Shown here: positions 39,325-48,705 of the stretch, piece by piece
Layout of the letters: each line of letters starts with the position of its first letter
Position numbering within the stretch: position 1 is the first letter of the stretch
Origin: a virus
Lineage: Duplodnaviria > Caudoviricetes
DNA length: 64,000 bases
Strand: one strand, 5' to 3'
IMG/VR virus record: IMGVR_UViG_3300043120_000083
Coordinates: 1 to 64,000 of that record
Translations under genes and position numbers: made by a program
The notes under the pieces: generated by a model
What the model was told of the DNA's origin: nothing
Databases searched by the model: none
The model's input: only the letters and a program-made list of their open reading frames with translations

Positions 39325-39891
39325 ATGCAACAATTACATTTAATCGCTAAAGACAATTCAGGATTACGTCCCATTACGGATTACATCCTACTGACAAAAG
39401 AAAATGTTTATGCTTCGGATAGTCATGTAGCAGTTATTCACAAAACAGAAAATTTGTTTGGTAAAGAATTTTCTGAAAAGATGTTGGAAACGGATAGATT
39501 TTTAATTCATGCAACACAATGGAAAAAACTTTGTAAGAACGGTATTGTTGGTTATGAATTTAATGGGGGTACAATTAAGGCAGTAGATAAAAAAGGACAA
39601 GTAGATATTGTCCCATTAATTAAAGAGGGAAATGTGGGCAATTACCCAAAAGTTGAAAGCGTTATCCCTGAAGAAGCTAATGAAAAATGTGATATGATAG
39701 GGTTAAATCCTGAATTGTTACATAATTTACAACTCGCTATTTACCCAGAGAAACCTAAAAAGAATGAAACTTTAGGGTTGTATTTAAAGATGTCAAGAGT
39801 AAGTGATGGTCAGGCAAATGGTGCTATCAGAGTTTATATTAATGGAAATTATAATTTTGACTTTAAGGCTGTCATTATGCCTATATATTAA
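39325..39891 (+). CDS. beta sliding-clamp-like protein (shortened)
   Basis: 'LRPI..ASDSH', 'GNYPKVESVIP', 'IGLN' and terminal 'VIMPI' match DnaN domain 2-3 motifs; only 188 aa. Confidence 0.55.
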   Translation: MQQLHLIAKDNSGLRPITDYILLTKENVYASDSHVAVIHKTENLFGKEFSEKMLETDRFLIHATQWKKLCKNGIVGYEFNGGTIKAVDKKGQVDIVPLIKEGNVGNYPKVESVIPEEANEKCDMIGLNPELLHNLQLAIYPEKPKKNETLGLYLKMSRVSDGQANGAIRVYINGNYNFDFKAVIMPIY

Positions 39892-39912
39892 GAGAAAATA
39901 AAATTTAACATT

Positions 39913-40227
39913 ATGGAACTAAGGTATAAAAATTACATTGCAGTGCCTTCAATAATGGGTGACAGGTTTGACTTTGTTATCGAACAGGAATCCCAAAAAA
40001 TAGGGACAGGTACATTGCAGGAACCTAACGGAGAAAAGTATCTGAAAAAGAAAACTTTAGGGTACGATATGAGATTAGATTGGATTGTCGAACGCATAAT
40101 AACAATGGAGGTTAAAAAGAATGAAGTAACTTACGATTTAGAACAGTTTCTTGAAAAGTTCAAGGAAGTTCAAGAGGACATTAAGAAAGAATTTAATATT
40201 AGTAACAAATTATTTAAAACTGAATAA
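39913..40227 (+). CDS. hypothetical protein
   Basis: 104 aa ORF in operon. Confidence 0.6.
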   Translation: MELRYKNYIAVPSIMGDRFDFVIEQESQKIGTGTLQEPNGEKYLKKKTLGYDMRLDWIVERIITMEVKKNEVTYDLEQFLEKFKEVQEDIKKEFNISNKLFKTE

Positions 40228-40228
40228 A

Positions 40229-41587
40229 ATGGCATTTGATAGATCAAAATACAAGAGCGTGTCTCTTAAAAAAGTTAGCGATCAAGTAAGCGAAGCCGAA
40301 TCCAACAGTAAAACGAGTTTTTCAGGAGGTTCTGGTCGTACAAAGTATCATAAAATTGAAGAGGGTGATAACTGGTTTAAAATTGCTCCGGCTCATGACC
40401 CGGAAAATAGTCCGTATGTTCCCATTTCAACAGCAAATCTTGAATGTGAAGGAGATAAGTGGGAAGATGGAGAGATTGTGGGAAAAGAAGTTAGAAACCG
40501 TAAGGTATTTATTGCCACAGTTCACTCTCCTAAAGATAAGCATGGTAAGTTTATGATGACCAAAGACCCGGTTGAGACTTACCTTGAATACGTTCACAAG
40601 AAGTTGAATGATGAATATCCTGAAAAAGCAGAAAGAGAAAAGAAAATGGCTCCTTTGCGTGGATTCAGAGGTAGTGATGGTAAGTGGGTATTCGGTATTC
40701 AACCTGACCATAAAATTGCTACGTGGTCTTGGGATAACAAATGGGAAATTGGTCGTTTAGATTTGAATAAGAAGTGGTACAAAGATATGGAAAAGCTTTC
40801 CATTCGTGAAACTGCTGATGAGCCAGTACCAAGCGATATTTTTGTGGATTTGGATGAAGGGTTTCCTTTGATTCTCACTAAAACAGTAACTCAAGAAGGA
40901 AAAAGGAAGAAGACTGAATATAAAGTTGACACCGATAAGCCTAACATTCGTAAACGTGAATCAGTAGATGATTTCTTTGAGCGTGTTGCAGTGCCGGAAA
41001 AAGCATTGGAAGAGTGGCAAGAAAAGAAGTCCTTGGAAGAAATGTTGGTTGGAGTTTACAGTGAGAAAGATTTCAACATGGCTGTTGATGGGCTTGAAAG
41101 GTTTGATAAAAAGTGGGGTTTTGAGATTTTTGAGAACACTGAGTTTCTTGACGAGATGGAAGAAATTTCAAAGATGGTTGAGAATCTTCCTAAAAAAGAA
41201 GAGAAAAAAGATGGGGATTCAGAAGAATCAGAGTCTAAAGAAAGTAAGGAAGAAACTCCAGAGGAAGAAACACCTTCTGAAAGTAAAGTAACTCCTGTTA
41301 AAATGAAGAGGTTTATTAGAACTTTCATTGATGAAAATTACGATGAAAGCGATTTACCGGACGGTAAGACTTCTGAAGAGATTGTGAAAGAACTAAAAGG
41401 TTCTGCTATTGAAGAATGGTACACAATCGCTAAAGAAGGTAATGAACTTCCTTTTGAAAAAACAGAAAGTGAAGAGGAAGAAAGCGATGAAGAATCACCT
41501 GTTGAAGATTCATCTCCAGATGATGCAGTAGAAGCTGATGTTGCTTCTGAGTTAGCTAAATTACGTGCAAGACGTAAGAAAAAGTAA
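40229..41587 (+). CDS. single-stranded DNA-binding protein (T4 gp32-like)
   Basis: Start at ATG 40229 (MAFDRSKY). 'EGDNWFKIAP', 'DLDEGFPLILTK..TEYKV', long acidic tail. Confidence 0.65.
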   Translation: MAFDRSKYKSVSLKKVSDQVSEAESNSKTSFSGGSGRTKYHKIEEGDNWFKIAPAHDPENSPYVPISTANLECEGDKWEDGEIVGKEVRNRKVFIATVHSPKDKHGKFMMTKDPVETYLEYVHKKLNDEYPEKAEREKKMAPLRGFRGSDGKWVFGIQPDHKIATWSWDNKWEIGRLDLNKKWYKDMEKLSIRETADEPVPSDIFVDLDEGFPLILTKTVTQEGKRKKTEYKVDTDKPNIRKRESVDDFFERVAVPEKALEEWQEKKSLEEMLVGVYSEKDFNMAVDGLERFDKKWGFEIFENTEFLDEMEEISKMVENLPKKEEKKDGDSEESESKESKEETPEEETPSESKVTPVKMKRFIRTFIDENYDESDLPDGKTSEEIVKELKGSAIEEWYTIAKEGNELPFEKTESEEEESDEESPVEDSSPDDAVEADVASELAKLRARRKKK

Positions 41588-41600
41588 GGTTATTTTAAAC

Positions 41601-41626
41601 AGGGTGGGGTTTAGTTACCTCACCCT
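41601..41626 (+). other. intergenic stem-loop after ssb
   Basis: AGGGTGGGGT-ttagtt-ACCTCACCCT with no clear U-tract. Confidence 0.5.
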
Positions 41627-41644
41627 AAATTAAATTCTTCTAAA

Positions 41645-42676
41645 ATGCCAAAACCAATAGCAATACAAATAAACGATATACATATAGACAAGGGGAATAT
41701 AGAACAAGTCACTGATATATTCCATCAACTTTGTGATTTATGTATAAAAGAAAGTATCTACACAGTATTTATAGCCGGAGATATATTTGAAAGCAGAACA
41801 AGTCAAAGACTTGAAACTTTAAATGCTTTCCTAAATATATTGAACATTCTACATTCAAGTAATATTCATGCTTATCTAATACCCGGAAACCACGACAAAA
41901 CAAGGTATGATGTAAAAGAATCTTTTGTGGATGCTTTTAGTTATCATCCAGCACTTACAATATTCGATGATTATGACTATGAAGATTTAGAGAAGGGGGT
42001 AAGAGTTCATTTTATGCCATTCTTTAGAGAAGATGTTTGGTTAGAGAAATTTAAACCTGACTTTCTAAAAGATGGGAAAAATATTTTAATTACTCACGTG
42101 GCAATTACTGGAAGTGTAAATAATGATGGTTCAATAGTTGAATCTCCCCTTTCTATTAATACGTTTGAAGGTTTTGATAGAGTGTATTCAGGTCACTACC
42201 ACCAAACACAAGTGATTAAGAAAAATTTTATACATTGCCCTTCTCCCTATCAGGCTAATTTCGGAGAGGATAACAAAAAGGGGTTTACAATTATTTATGA
42301 TGATTTAACCTATGAAATTAAAAAAGCAAAGTTCAAAGAATACAAAAAGGTAAAGGTAAACCTTGATGAAATAAAAAAGGCCGAATTAGACGATTTAATG
42401 AAGGAATATTCCAATTCTGATGACAATATAAGGTTTGAAGTTTTAGGAAGCGAGAGCAAGGTTAAATCAATAAAAAAGGATAGTTTCTATGCTGTAGGTA
42501 TAGATATTAAGACAAAAGTAAAAGAAGTTGAGGATTCTCTAATTTATGCAGAACAGGATGAAATAGTATCTTTTAATAAAACTTCATTAGTTGAAGAGTT
42601 TAAAGAGTGTTGCGAAGAAAATGATTGGGAATTTGAAACCGGAAACAAATATTTAGAAAGGAAATTAAATGGCTGA
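41645..42676 (+). CDS. sbcD: SbcD/Mre11/gp47-like nuclease
   Basis: Metallophosphoesterase motifs DIH, GDIFE, GNHD, SGHYH. Confidence 0.88.
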   Translation: MPKPIAIQINDIHIDKGNIEQVTDIFHQLCDLCIKESIYTVFIAGDIFESRTSQRLETLNAFLNILNILHSSNIHAYLIPGNHDKTRYDVKESFVDAFSYHPALTIFDDYDYEDLEKGVRVHFMPFFREDVWLEKFKPDFLKDGKNILITHVAITGSVNNDGSIVESPLSINTFEGFDRVYSGHYHQTQVIKKNFIHCPSPYQANFGEDNKKGFTIIYDDLTYEIKKAKFKEYKKVKVNLDEIKKAELDDLMKEYSNSDDNIRFEVLGSESKVKSIKKDSFYAVGIDIKTKVKEVEDSLIYAEQDEIVSFNKTSLVEEFKECCEENDWEFETGNKYLERKLNG

Positions 42677-43442
42677 AATAGATATTTATTGTTGCGACAA
42701 TCTTGATTTGATGTCTGATATTCCAGATAATACGATTGACTTAATTTATTGTGATATTTTATACGGAACTGGTAGAAAGTTTAAAGATTATCAAGATTTA
42801 AATCCGGATAGGAAAATAATTGAGGAGCATTACATTCAAAGAATAAAAGAAATGCACCGAATATTAAAGCCAACAGGAAGCATTTATTTGCAAATGGATA
42901 CACGTATTAATCATTGGATTAGGTGTGTTCTTGATGATATTTTTGGGTATGATAATTTTAGAAATGAAATAATTTGGCATTATGAAGACACAATGCAAGG
43001 CAATAGTTCAATTAAGTTACCTAAAAAACATGACACAATTTATTTTTATTCTAAATCAAAAACTCACAGAATTAATAAAGTGAAAATACCTCTCAAAAAA
43101 CCTAAAAAAAGGGGGAATTTTAATTTCACAGAAGGTAAATTAAAATCTGTAGATGGGTTTTCAATGTATAATGAGAAAAATATTGATTCTGTTTGGAATA
43201 TAGGTGTTACATCTGTGATAAGTTCAAGAAGTAAGCAATTTATTGATTTTGAAACTCAAAAACCAAAAGAACTAATTGAACGAATAATTAAAGTGAGTAG
43301 TAACGAAGGTGATTTAGTTGCAGACTTTTATCTAGGTTCAGGAACAACTTCTGAAGTATGTAAAGACCTGAATCGTAATTTTATAGGGTGTGATATTAGT
43401 GAGAGAGCAGTAGAAATAAGTAAACAAAGATTAAATAAATAA
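42669..43442 (+). CDS. beta-class N4/N6 DNA methyltransferase with atypical DILY motif IV
   Basis: 'IDLIYCDILYG', 'RILKPTGSIY', 'TQKPKELIERII', 'DFYLGSGTT'. Confidence 0.85.
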   Translation: MAEIDIYCCDNLDLMSDIPDNTIDLIYCDILYGTGRKFKDYQDLNPDRKIIEEHYIQRIKEMHRILKPTGSIYLQMDTRINHWIRCVLDDIFGYDNFRNEIIWHYEDTMQGNSSIKLPKKHDTIYFYSKSKTHRINKVKIPLKKPKKRGNFNFTEGKLKSVDGFSMYNEKNIDSVWNIGVTSVISSRSKQFIDFETQKPKELIERIIKVSSNEGDLVADFYLGSGTTSEVCKDLNRNFIGCDISERAVEISKQRLNK

Positions 43443-43446
43443 CTAT

Positions 43447-44433
43447 ATGGCTAATAAAGAAAGTGTAAAAATATCAGACGTAGTTGCTAACGTAAAGAAA
43501 CGTTTCGGAGATGAAGCAATAGCTGGAGTGTCTAAAAACGTTGAATGGTTAAATACAGGCAGTATCGGATTAAATCAGGCCCTCGGTGGAGGTTGGGCTA
43601 AAGGCCGTATTGTTGAATTGTTTGGGTGGGAAAGTTCTGGAAAGTCAACACTTGCCCTTCACGCTTCAGCAGAATGCCAAAAGGAAGGTAAGGTTGTTGC
43701 ATATATTGATATGGAACATGCACTTGACCCTTTCTATGCTGAAGCATTAGGTGTAGATACAAGTGAAAAAAGTGGGTTGTGGTATTTAAGTCAACCAGAT
43801 GATGGGGAAACAGCTTTAGAAATAGTGCGTGAATTTGCTAAAAGCGATGAAGTTGGGTTGATTGTTGTTGATTCAGTTTCTGCTTTACTTCCACGTGCAG
43901 TTATTGCTGGAGAAGCAGGAGATCAGAAAATAGGTTTGTTAGCACGGTTAATGTCACAAATGGTTCCAACTTTAATTGCCCCTGCTAAAAAATCAGGAGC
44001 AGTGATAATGTTTATTGGGCAGTTACGTGAAAAAATAGGAATATCGTGGGGTGACCCTTCTGTCACTACAGGGGGGAATGCTTTAAAATTTTATTCATCA
44101 CAAAGAGCTCAAGTAGCAAGGAGTGGTCAAGATAAAGATGGGGATGAAATTGTTGCTAATGGGACACGTGTTAAGGTCATTAAAAATAAAGTCGCTCCCC
44201 CTTTTAAGCAAACTAAATTCTTTATTGAGTTTGGGACAGGTATTGATAAATTAAGAGAGGTTATTGATGTAGCTGTTGAATTAGGCATTATTAACAAGAA
44301 AGGTGCAGGATGGATGAGTTACGGTGATACTAAGTTAGGGCAGGGTGTTGATGCTGTTAAGATTTTATTGGAAGATAATCCTGAATTGCTTGAAGAAATA
44401 CAAGAAAAAATAAATGAAGAACTAAACAAATAG
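43447..44433 (+). CDS. recA: RecA recombinase
   Basis: 'GRIVELFGWESSGKST', 'IVVDSVSAL', 'ARLMSQ', 'TTGGNALKFYSS', 'KNKVAPPF'. Confidence 0.97.
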   Translation: MANKESVKISDVVANVKKRFGDEAIAGVSKNVEWLNTGSIGLNQALGGGWAKGRIVELFGWESSGKSTLALHASAECQKEGKVVAYIDMEHALDPFYAEALGVDTSEKSGLWYLSQPDDGETALEIVREFAKSDEVGLIVVDSVSALLPRAVIAGEAGDQKIGLLARLMSQMVPTLIAPAKKSGAVIMFIGQLREKIGISWGDPSVTTGGNALKFYSSQRAQVARSGQDKDGDEIVANGTRVKVIKNKVAPPFKQTKFFIEFGTGIDKLREVIDVAVELGIINKKGAGWMSYGDTKLGQGVDAVKILLEDNPELLEEIQEKINEELNK

Positions 44434-44435
44434 TT

Positions 44436-46439
44436 ATGAAATTCGTCTCAATTAAAGCTAAAAATTTTCTTTCTTTTAAGGAATTAGAATATAACTTCAA
44501 ATCTCACCCTGTGTTAATTCAGGGTGAGAACTTAACAGAACCAGAAAGTCAAAAATCTAATGGTTCTGGCAAGACTACAATACAATGCGCTATTGAATAT
44601 GCTTTATTGACAACTACCTCACGTAAAGTTAGGGATGCAGAATTAGTATTTTGGGGGGAAAAAGAGGGCAGTGTAGAACTGGAAATTTATTGTGCTGTAC
44701 GCAAACAATCACTAATTATTGAGCGTAAGTTGCCTGTTAAGGGTAGCAATAAACTTGAATTGTGGTTGAAAAAAGGGGAAGAAGTTACCCCTGTTAATTT
44801 TTCTACAGTAGCAGACGGTAACAAGTATATTCTTGATTGGGTTGATTTAAGTAAGGAAGATATTCAGAACTTCTATATAGTCAACAAGGAACGTTACACT
44901 TCCTTCTTTTCTTCTCCTAACGCAAAGAAAATTGAATTAATTTCCCGGTTCTCTAATTCTTATATGATTAACGGTGTTGATAAGTTAGTACAGGAAGATG
45001 TAAAGAAGTTGGAAGAAGTAATAAGAGAAAAAGAAATAAACAAATCTGCTATTCAGGGAGTGATTGACGATTCCAAGGAAGAGATTGATAAATTAGAAAA
45101 TGAAGACTTTGAAGAAGAGAAAGAAAAGAAGATTAAATATAAAAGGTTAGAAATTGTAGAAGTCGGGAATGAGATAATTGAAGGAATTGATTTACGTAAA
45201 AACCTTGAAGAAAAGAATAAAGAAGTTTCTAAAAAGTTAGAATCAACAGGAAAGGAAGTAGGTGAATTAGAAACCAAAATTAAAGAACTAAACAAGGTTT
45301 CTTTTGAAGAAGAGTATAATAAGATAGAAGAAAAAGTAAAGGTTGTTAACACAGATATTGATAAGAAAAGTAAGGAAAAAAGAACTGTGAAATCATCCAT
45401 AGATGAAATTTCAGATATGATGGATGAAATAAATAAGAATATTAAAGGTGCTGTAAAATGTCCAAAATGTTCACATGAGTTCTTGGTTGGAGACCCGGAA
45501 GTTGATATTGAGGAAGAGAAAAGGGAATTGATAGACGTTGAAAAACTTTACAATTCCACTAAAACAAAACTAACTTCTATTAATGATGTTATTGAAGAAC
45601 TAAATAAGAAAGTAGATAAAATAAATTCTGAAAAAACAGTAATATCTAAGAAAGAAGAAGAACACAACAAAAAGGTAAGGGGGTTGAAACGTCAGTTGAG
45701 AGATATTACAGAAGAGGTTGATAGTTTAAATAAACAAATATCTCAGAATAAAAACTCTATTGAAAACTCAGTTCTTCAGGAACAACACCTAAACACAAAA
45801 ATTGAATCTTTAAAACAACAAATTAAGGAAATAAAAGCACAAACAGGTAATTCTGAAAGAATAAAAGAACTGAATGAGAAAATTGCAACTAAAACGCAAG
45901 AACTTGAAAAGGTTGAAAAAGCAATAAAAGAAAAAGAAACTGAGCTTTACAATACAAGTCAATGGGTATTTAATTTTAAGAAGTTTTACGGTCATTTAGC
46001 CAATAAATCACTGAAAGTTATACAAGGGTATTGTAATAAGTATTTAGGAGAAATAAACAGTGATTTACAAGTGAAATGGGAAGGTTTTAAGATGAAAGCG
46101 GACGGAACACTGTCTGAAAAGATTACTCCTTATATTATGCGCTCTGGAGAGATGAAAGACTTCTGGTCTTTTTCAGGAGGAGAAAGGGCAAGGTTAGATT
46201 TTGCTATGATCCTCACTATTCAGGGAATTATTAATAGTTCACATAAATATGGAGGCGTAGAATTTATAAGTTTGGATGAAGTTTTGGAAGGAATTGACGA
46301 TGTAGGTTTGGGTAATCTAATGAAGTCTTTAAAGAACATGGATAAAACAATCCTTCTAACAACACATGTAACAGACAGGAATACCCCCGGAGATATATTA
46401 TTAGTGAGAAAAGTAAACGGAGTATCAACATTAAATTAA
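44436..46439 (+). CDS. sbcC: SbcC/Rad50/gp46-like ATPase
   Basis: Walker A 'NGSGKTT', coiled coils, zinc hook 'CPKC', signature 'FSGGE', Walker B 'LDEV'. Confidence 0.9.
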   Translation: MKFVSIKAKNFLSFKELEYNFKSHPVLIQGENLTEPESQKSNGSGKTTIQCAIEYALLTTTSRKVRDAELVFWGEKEGSVELEIYCAVRKQSLIIERKLPVKGSNKLELWLKKGEEVTPVNFSTVADGNKYILDWVDLSKEDIQNFYIVNKERYTSFFSSPNAKKIELISRFSNSYMINGVDKLVQEDVKKLEEVIREKEINKSAIQGVIDDSKEEIDKLENEDFEEEKEKKIKYKRLEIVEVGNEIIEGIDLRKNLEEKNKEVSKKLESTGKEVGELETKIKELNKVSFEEEYNKIEEKVKVVNTDIDKKSKEKRTVKSSIDEISDMMDEINKNIKGAVKCPKCSHEFLVGDPEVDIEEEKRELIDVEKLYNSTKTKLTSINDVIEELNKKVDKINSEKTVISKKEEEHNKKVRGLKRQLRDITEEVDSLNKQISQNKNSIENSVLQEQHLNTKIESLKQQIKEIKAQTGNSERIKELNEKIATKTQELEKVEKAIKEKETELYNTSQWVFNFKKFYGHLANKSLKVIQGYCNKYLGEINSDLQVKWEGFKMKADGTLSEKITPYIMRSGEMKDFWSFSGGERARLDFAMILTIQGIINSSHKYGGVEFISLDEVLEGIDDVGLGNLMKSLKNMDKTILLTTHVTDRNTPGDILLVRKVNGVSTLN

Positions 46440-46444
46440 AAGTT

Positions 46445-46678
46445 ATGGTTAAACCAGTATTGATTGTCAAGAATGACGGAAGAATGTCACATGAAGATTA
46501 TGATACATTGAGAGATAAGGGTTTCTCTAAAGAATTAAAGGAAGAATACCATATTTTATTGGTAATTGATGATACAATAGAAAGTTCTTTTGAGTTTCAA
46601 TGTCTTAATGTCGAAGATTCAGATAAGATAGATTTTAAGGAATTACAACAACATATTGATAACATTTTAAAGAAATGA
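46445..46678 (+). CDS. hypothetical protein
   Basis: 77 aa ORF in operon. Confidence 0.55.
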   Translation: MVKPVLIVKNDGRMSHEDYDTLRDKGFSKELKEEYHILLVIDDTIESSFEFQCLNVEDSDKIDFKELQQHIDNILKK

Positions 46679-46681
46679 ATT

Positions 46682-46876
46682 ATGCAACATTCAGAACAAG
46701 ATTTAACACGTAAGTATAAACAAGACACTGGTCTTGATGCTTACAGTGATGGAGAAGCCACTCCAGAATACGTCAGTTGGCTTCAGGAAGAACTATCTTC
46801 TAAATATGATAAAGAAAGCGATCTGAATAAATCAGATGAGTTCACTAAAATTAAACGAAATGATATAATGAAATGA
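46682..46876 (+). CDS. hypothetical protein
   Basis: 64 aa; 'YKQDTG...YVSWL'. Confidence 0.55.
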   Translation: MQHSEQDLTRKYKQDTGLDAYSDGEATPEYVSWLQEELSSKYDKESDLNKSDEFTKIKRNDIMK

Positions 46877-47361
46877 AAAAAGTTTTAGCAATTGACCCCG
46901 GAGACACAGAATCAGCTTATGTGTTATGGGATGGTGAGAATATTATAGACAAAGCGAAAGAAAAGAATGATATTGTTTTAAGAAAAATATCTGAAATATT
47001 TTTTGATGTTCCTAATTTAGAAGTAGCTATTGAAATGGTTGCTTCGTATGGTATGCCAGTAGGTAAAACTGTATTTGACACATGTGTTTGGATTGGAAGG
47101 TTTATTCAAGTTTGTGACAGTTTAAGTGTAAAATACAGACAGGTTTATCGTAAAGAAATAGTTAGTCATATATGTCATTCTGCAAGAGCAAAAGATTCAA
47201 ATGTTATTCAGGCATTAGTGGATAGGTTTGGAGATGTTCACGAACATGGGAAATATGGGAAAGGAACAAAGAAAAATCCGGGATTTTTTTACGGGTTCTA
47301 TAAAGATGTTTGGCAATCATTTGCTGTAGGGGTTTTTTATTTTGATAATTTTGCAGAATAG
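46873..47361 (+). CDS. RuvC-like Holliday junction resolvase
   Basis: 'VLAIDPG', 'VAIEM', 'DVWQSFAV'. Confidence 0.7.
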   Translation: MKKVLAIDPGDTESAYVLWDGENIIDKAKEKNDIVLRKISEIFFDVPNLEVAIEMVASYGMPVGKTVFDTCVWIGRFIQVCDSLSVKYRQVYRKEIVSHICHSARAKDSNVIQALVDRFGDVHEHGKYGKGTKKNPGFFYGFYKDVWQSFAVGVFYFDNFAE

Positions 47362-47381
47362 TAATATAAATAAAATTTATA

Positions 47382-47546
47382 ATGGAACTAACTTATAAAG
47401 AAAAACAATATATCTGGACTCCAGAGATGGATTATGATACTTTTATCAGGGTGAACGGGTTAGATAAGTATTACCCTCCTAATTTCAAAGCATTTGAATT
47501 TTTTGAACGTCAGTATATTTTTAACGAATTTGGGGAGGACAAATAA
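47382..47546 (+). CDS. hypothetical protein (54 aa, not in ORF track)
   Basis: MELTYKEKQYIWTPEMDYDTF...GEDK* fills the gap exactly. Confidence 0.55.
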   Translation: MELTYKEKQYIWTPEMDYDTFIRVNGLDKYYPPNFKAFEFFERQYIFNEFGEDK

Positions 47547-47548
47547 AT

Positions 47549-47875
47549 ATGCCAAGATTTGAATGTTTAAATGAAGAGTGTTCTGAGTATCAAAAAGAGG
47601 TGTTTTTCACTAAAATAAATTACAGGTTTGATAAAACAAAAGGTGAATTAGTAGCTTCTGAGGATTTAAAATGTAAAGAATGTGGAGTTGAATTAACTCT
47701 AAAAAAGAAAGAAGGGTATCCGCAACTAATGAAGTTCAATTCCCTTTCCGAAGGAGAAAAAAGAAAAGTAATTCATAACCGAGCACAGACACACTTTGAT
47801 AAAGTAGGGAAAGAGCAAAAGTTACATATTAAGAAAAACGTACTTAAAAGACAGATAGAAAATGGTAATCACTAA
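47549..47875 (+). CDS. FmdB-like zinc-ribbon protein
   Basis: 'MPRFECLNEEC...CKECG'. Confidence 0.6.
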   Translation: MPRFECLNEECSEYQKEVFFTKINYRFDKTKGELVASEDLKCKECGVELTLKKKEGYPQLMKFNSLSEGEKRKVIHNRAQTHFDKVGKEQKLHIKKNVLKRQIENGNH

Positions 47876-48161
47876 TTATTACAACAGGGCACGTGCAACT
47901 TCTGAGACATCACTTGTTGATATTCTCATGAAGAAAAACCATGCAGATAACAAATGGGAGTTTTATGTAGTTATTGAGTTTTCTCCTAAAAGCGATATAA
48001 ATAACTATAATGAACTTCTGGGGCGAAGAATTACAAATATAATTGAAACAATGAATGATTCAGGTTTAGATGATAATATTTTCAGTCAAAAACTTGAAGA
48101 TATTCCTGCTGAAAGTATTAAATTTGAGCATACAGAATGGGAGTATATAAGTGTTAAGTAG
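47862..48161 (+). CDS. hypothetical protein
   Basis: 99 aa ORF. Confidence 0.55.
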   Translation: MVITNYYNRARATSETSLVDILMKKNHADNKWEFYVVIEFSPKSDINNYNELLGRRITNIIETMNDSGLDDNIFSQKLEDIPAESIKFEHTEWEYISVK

Positions 48162-48181
48162 TTAAGTGTTAGTAGTTTAAG

Positions 48182-48212
48182 AAAGGGGTGGTTTAAATAA
48201 CTACCCTTTTTG
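48182..48212 (+). terminator. intrinsic terminator
   Basis: AAAGGGGTGGTT...AACTACCCTTTT plus T run. Confidence 0.7.
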
Positions 48213-48213
48213 T

Positions 48214-48244
48214 TTTGTAAAAACATATAAAAGTTATATGTTTG
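48214..48244 (+). promoter_or_regulatory. Bacteroidota-type promoter with embedded palindrome (copy 3)
   Basis: 31 nt identical to 31214-31244. Confidence 0.8.
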
Positions 48245-48266
48245 CGAATGAATTAAAAATGAAACC

Positions 48267-48701
48267 ATGAAAGAAGAACTTATAACATTTGAAACGGCTA
48301 AATTAGCTAAGAGAAAAGGGTTTAATGAAGAAAGTTTTTATTGTTACAATAGTGAAGGTGGGTTGGTAAAACCTTATGAAGAAAACGGCAGCAGTACGGA
48401 TACAGAATTTAGGGTAGAATTAGATGATTTACTTGATTACCATAATTCAAAACATAATAATACTTTTTCGGCTCTAACTCAATCTTTATTGTCTAAATGG
48501 CTACGGGATAAACACAACATCTTAATCTCTGTTTATTCTAATGCCTCCGGGTATTTATGGGAAGCGATGAAAGCTGTTGGTGGAACAACTATGCGTTGGA
48601 GTGAATATGAGGGAGATGACGAAGAAAGTGGAACATACACTACTTACGAGAAAGCTATGGAGGATGCTTTGCAATATGCACTACAAACTATTAAGAAATA
48701 A
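48267..48701 (+). CDS. conserved phage hypothetical protein
   Basis: 'EELITFETAKLAKRKGF...TQSLLSKWLRDKHNI...TYEKAMED'. Confidence 0.65.
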   Translation: MKEELITFETAKLAKRKGFNEESFYCYNSEGGLVKPYEENGSSTDTEFRVELDDLLDYHNSKHNNTFSALTQSLLSKWLRDKHNILISVYSNASGYLWEAMKAVGGTTMRWSEYEGDDEESGTYTTYEKAMEDALQYALQTIKK

Positions 48702-48705
48702 ATCT

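Noticed and set aside
40151-48705. Upstream TTG starts given in the ORF track for ssb (40151) and ligA (48577)
   Set aside because: They overlap upstream genes by 77-125 nt. ATG starts at 40229 and 48706 follow the upstream stops directly.
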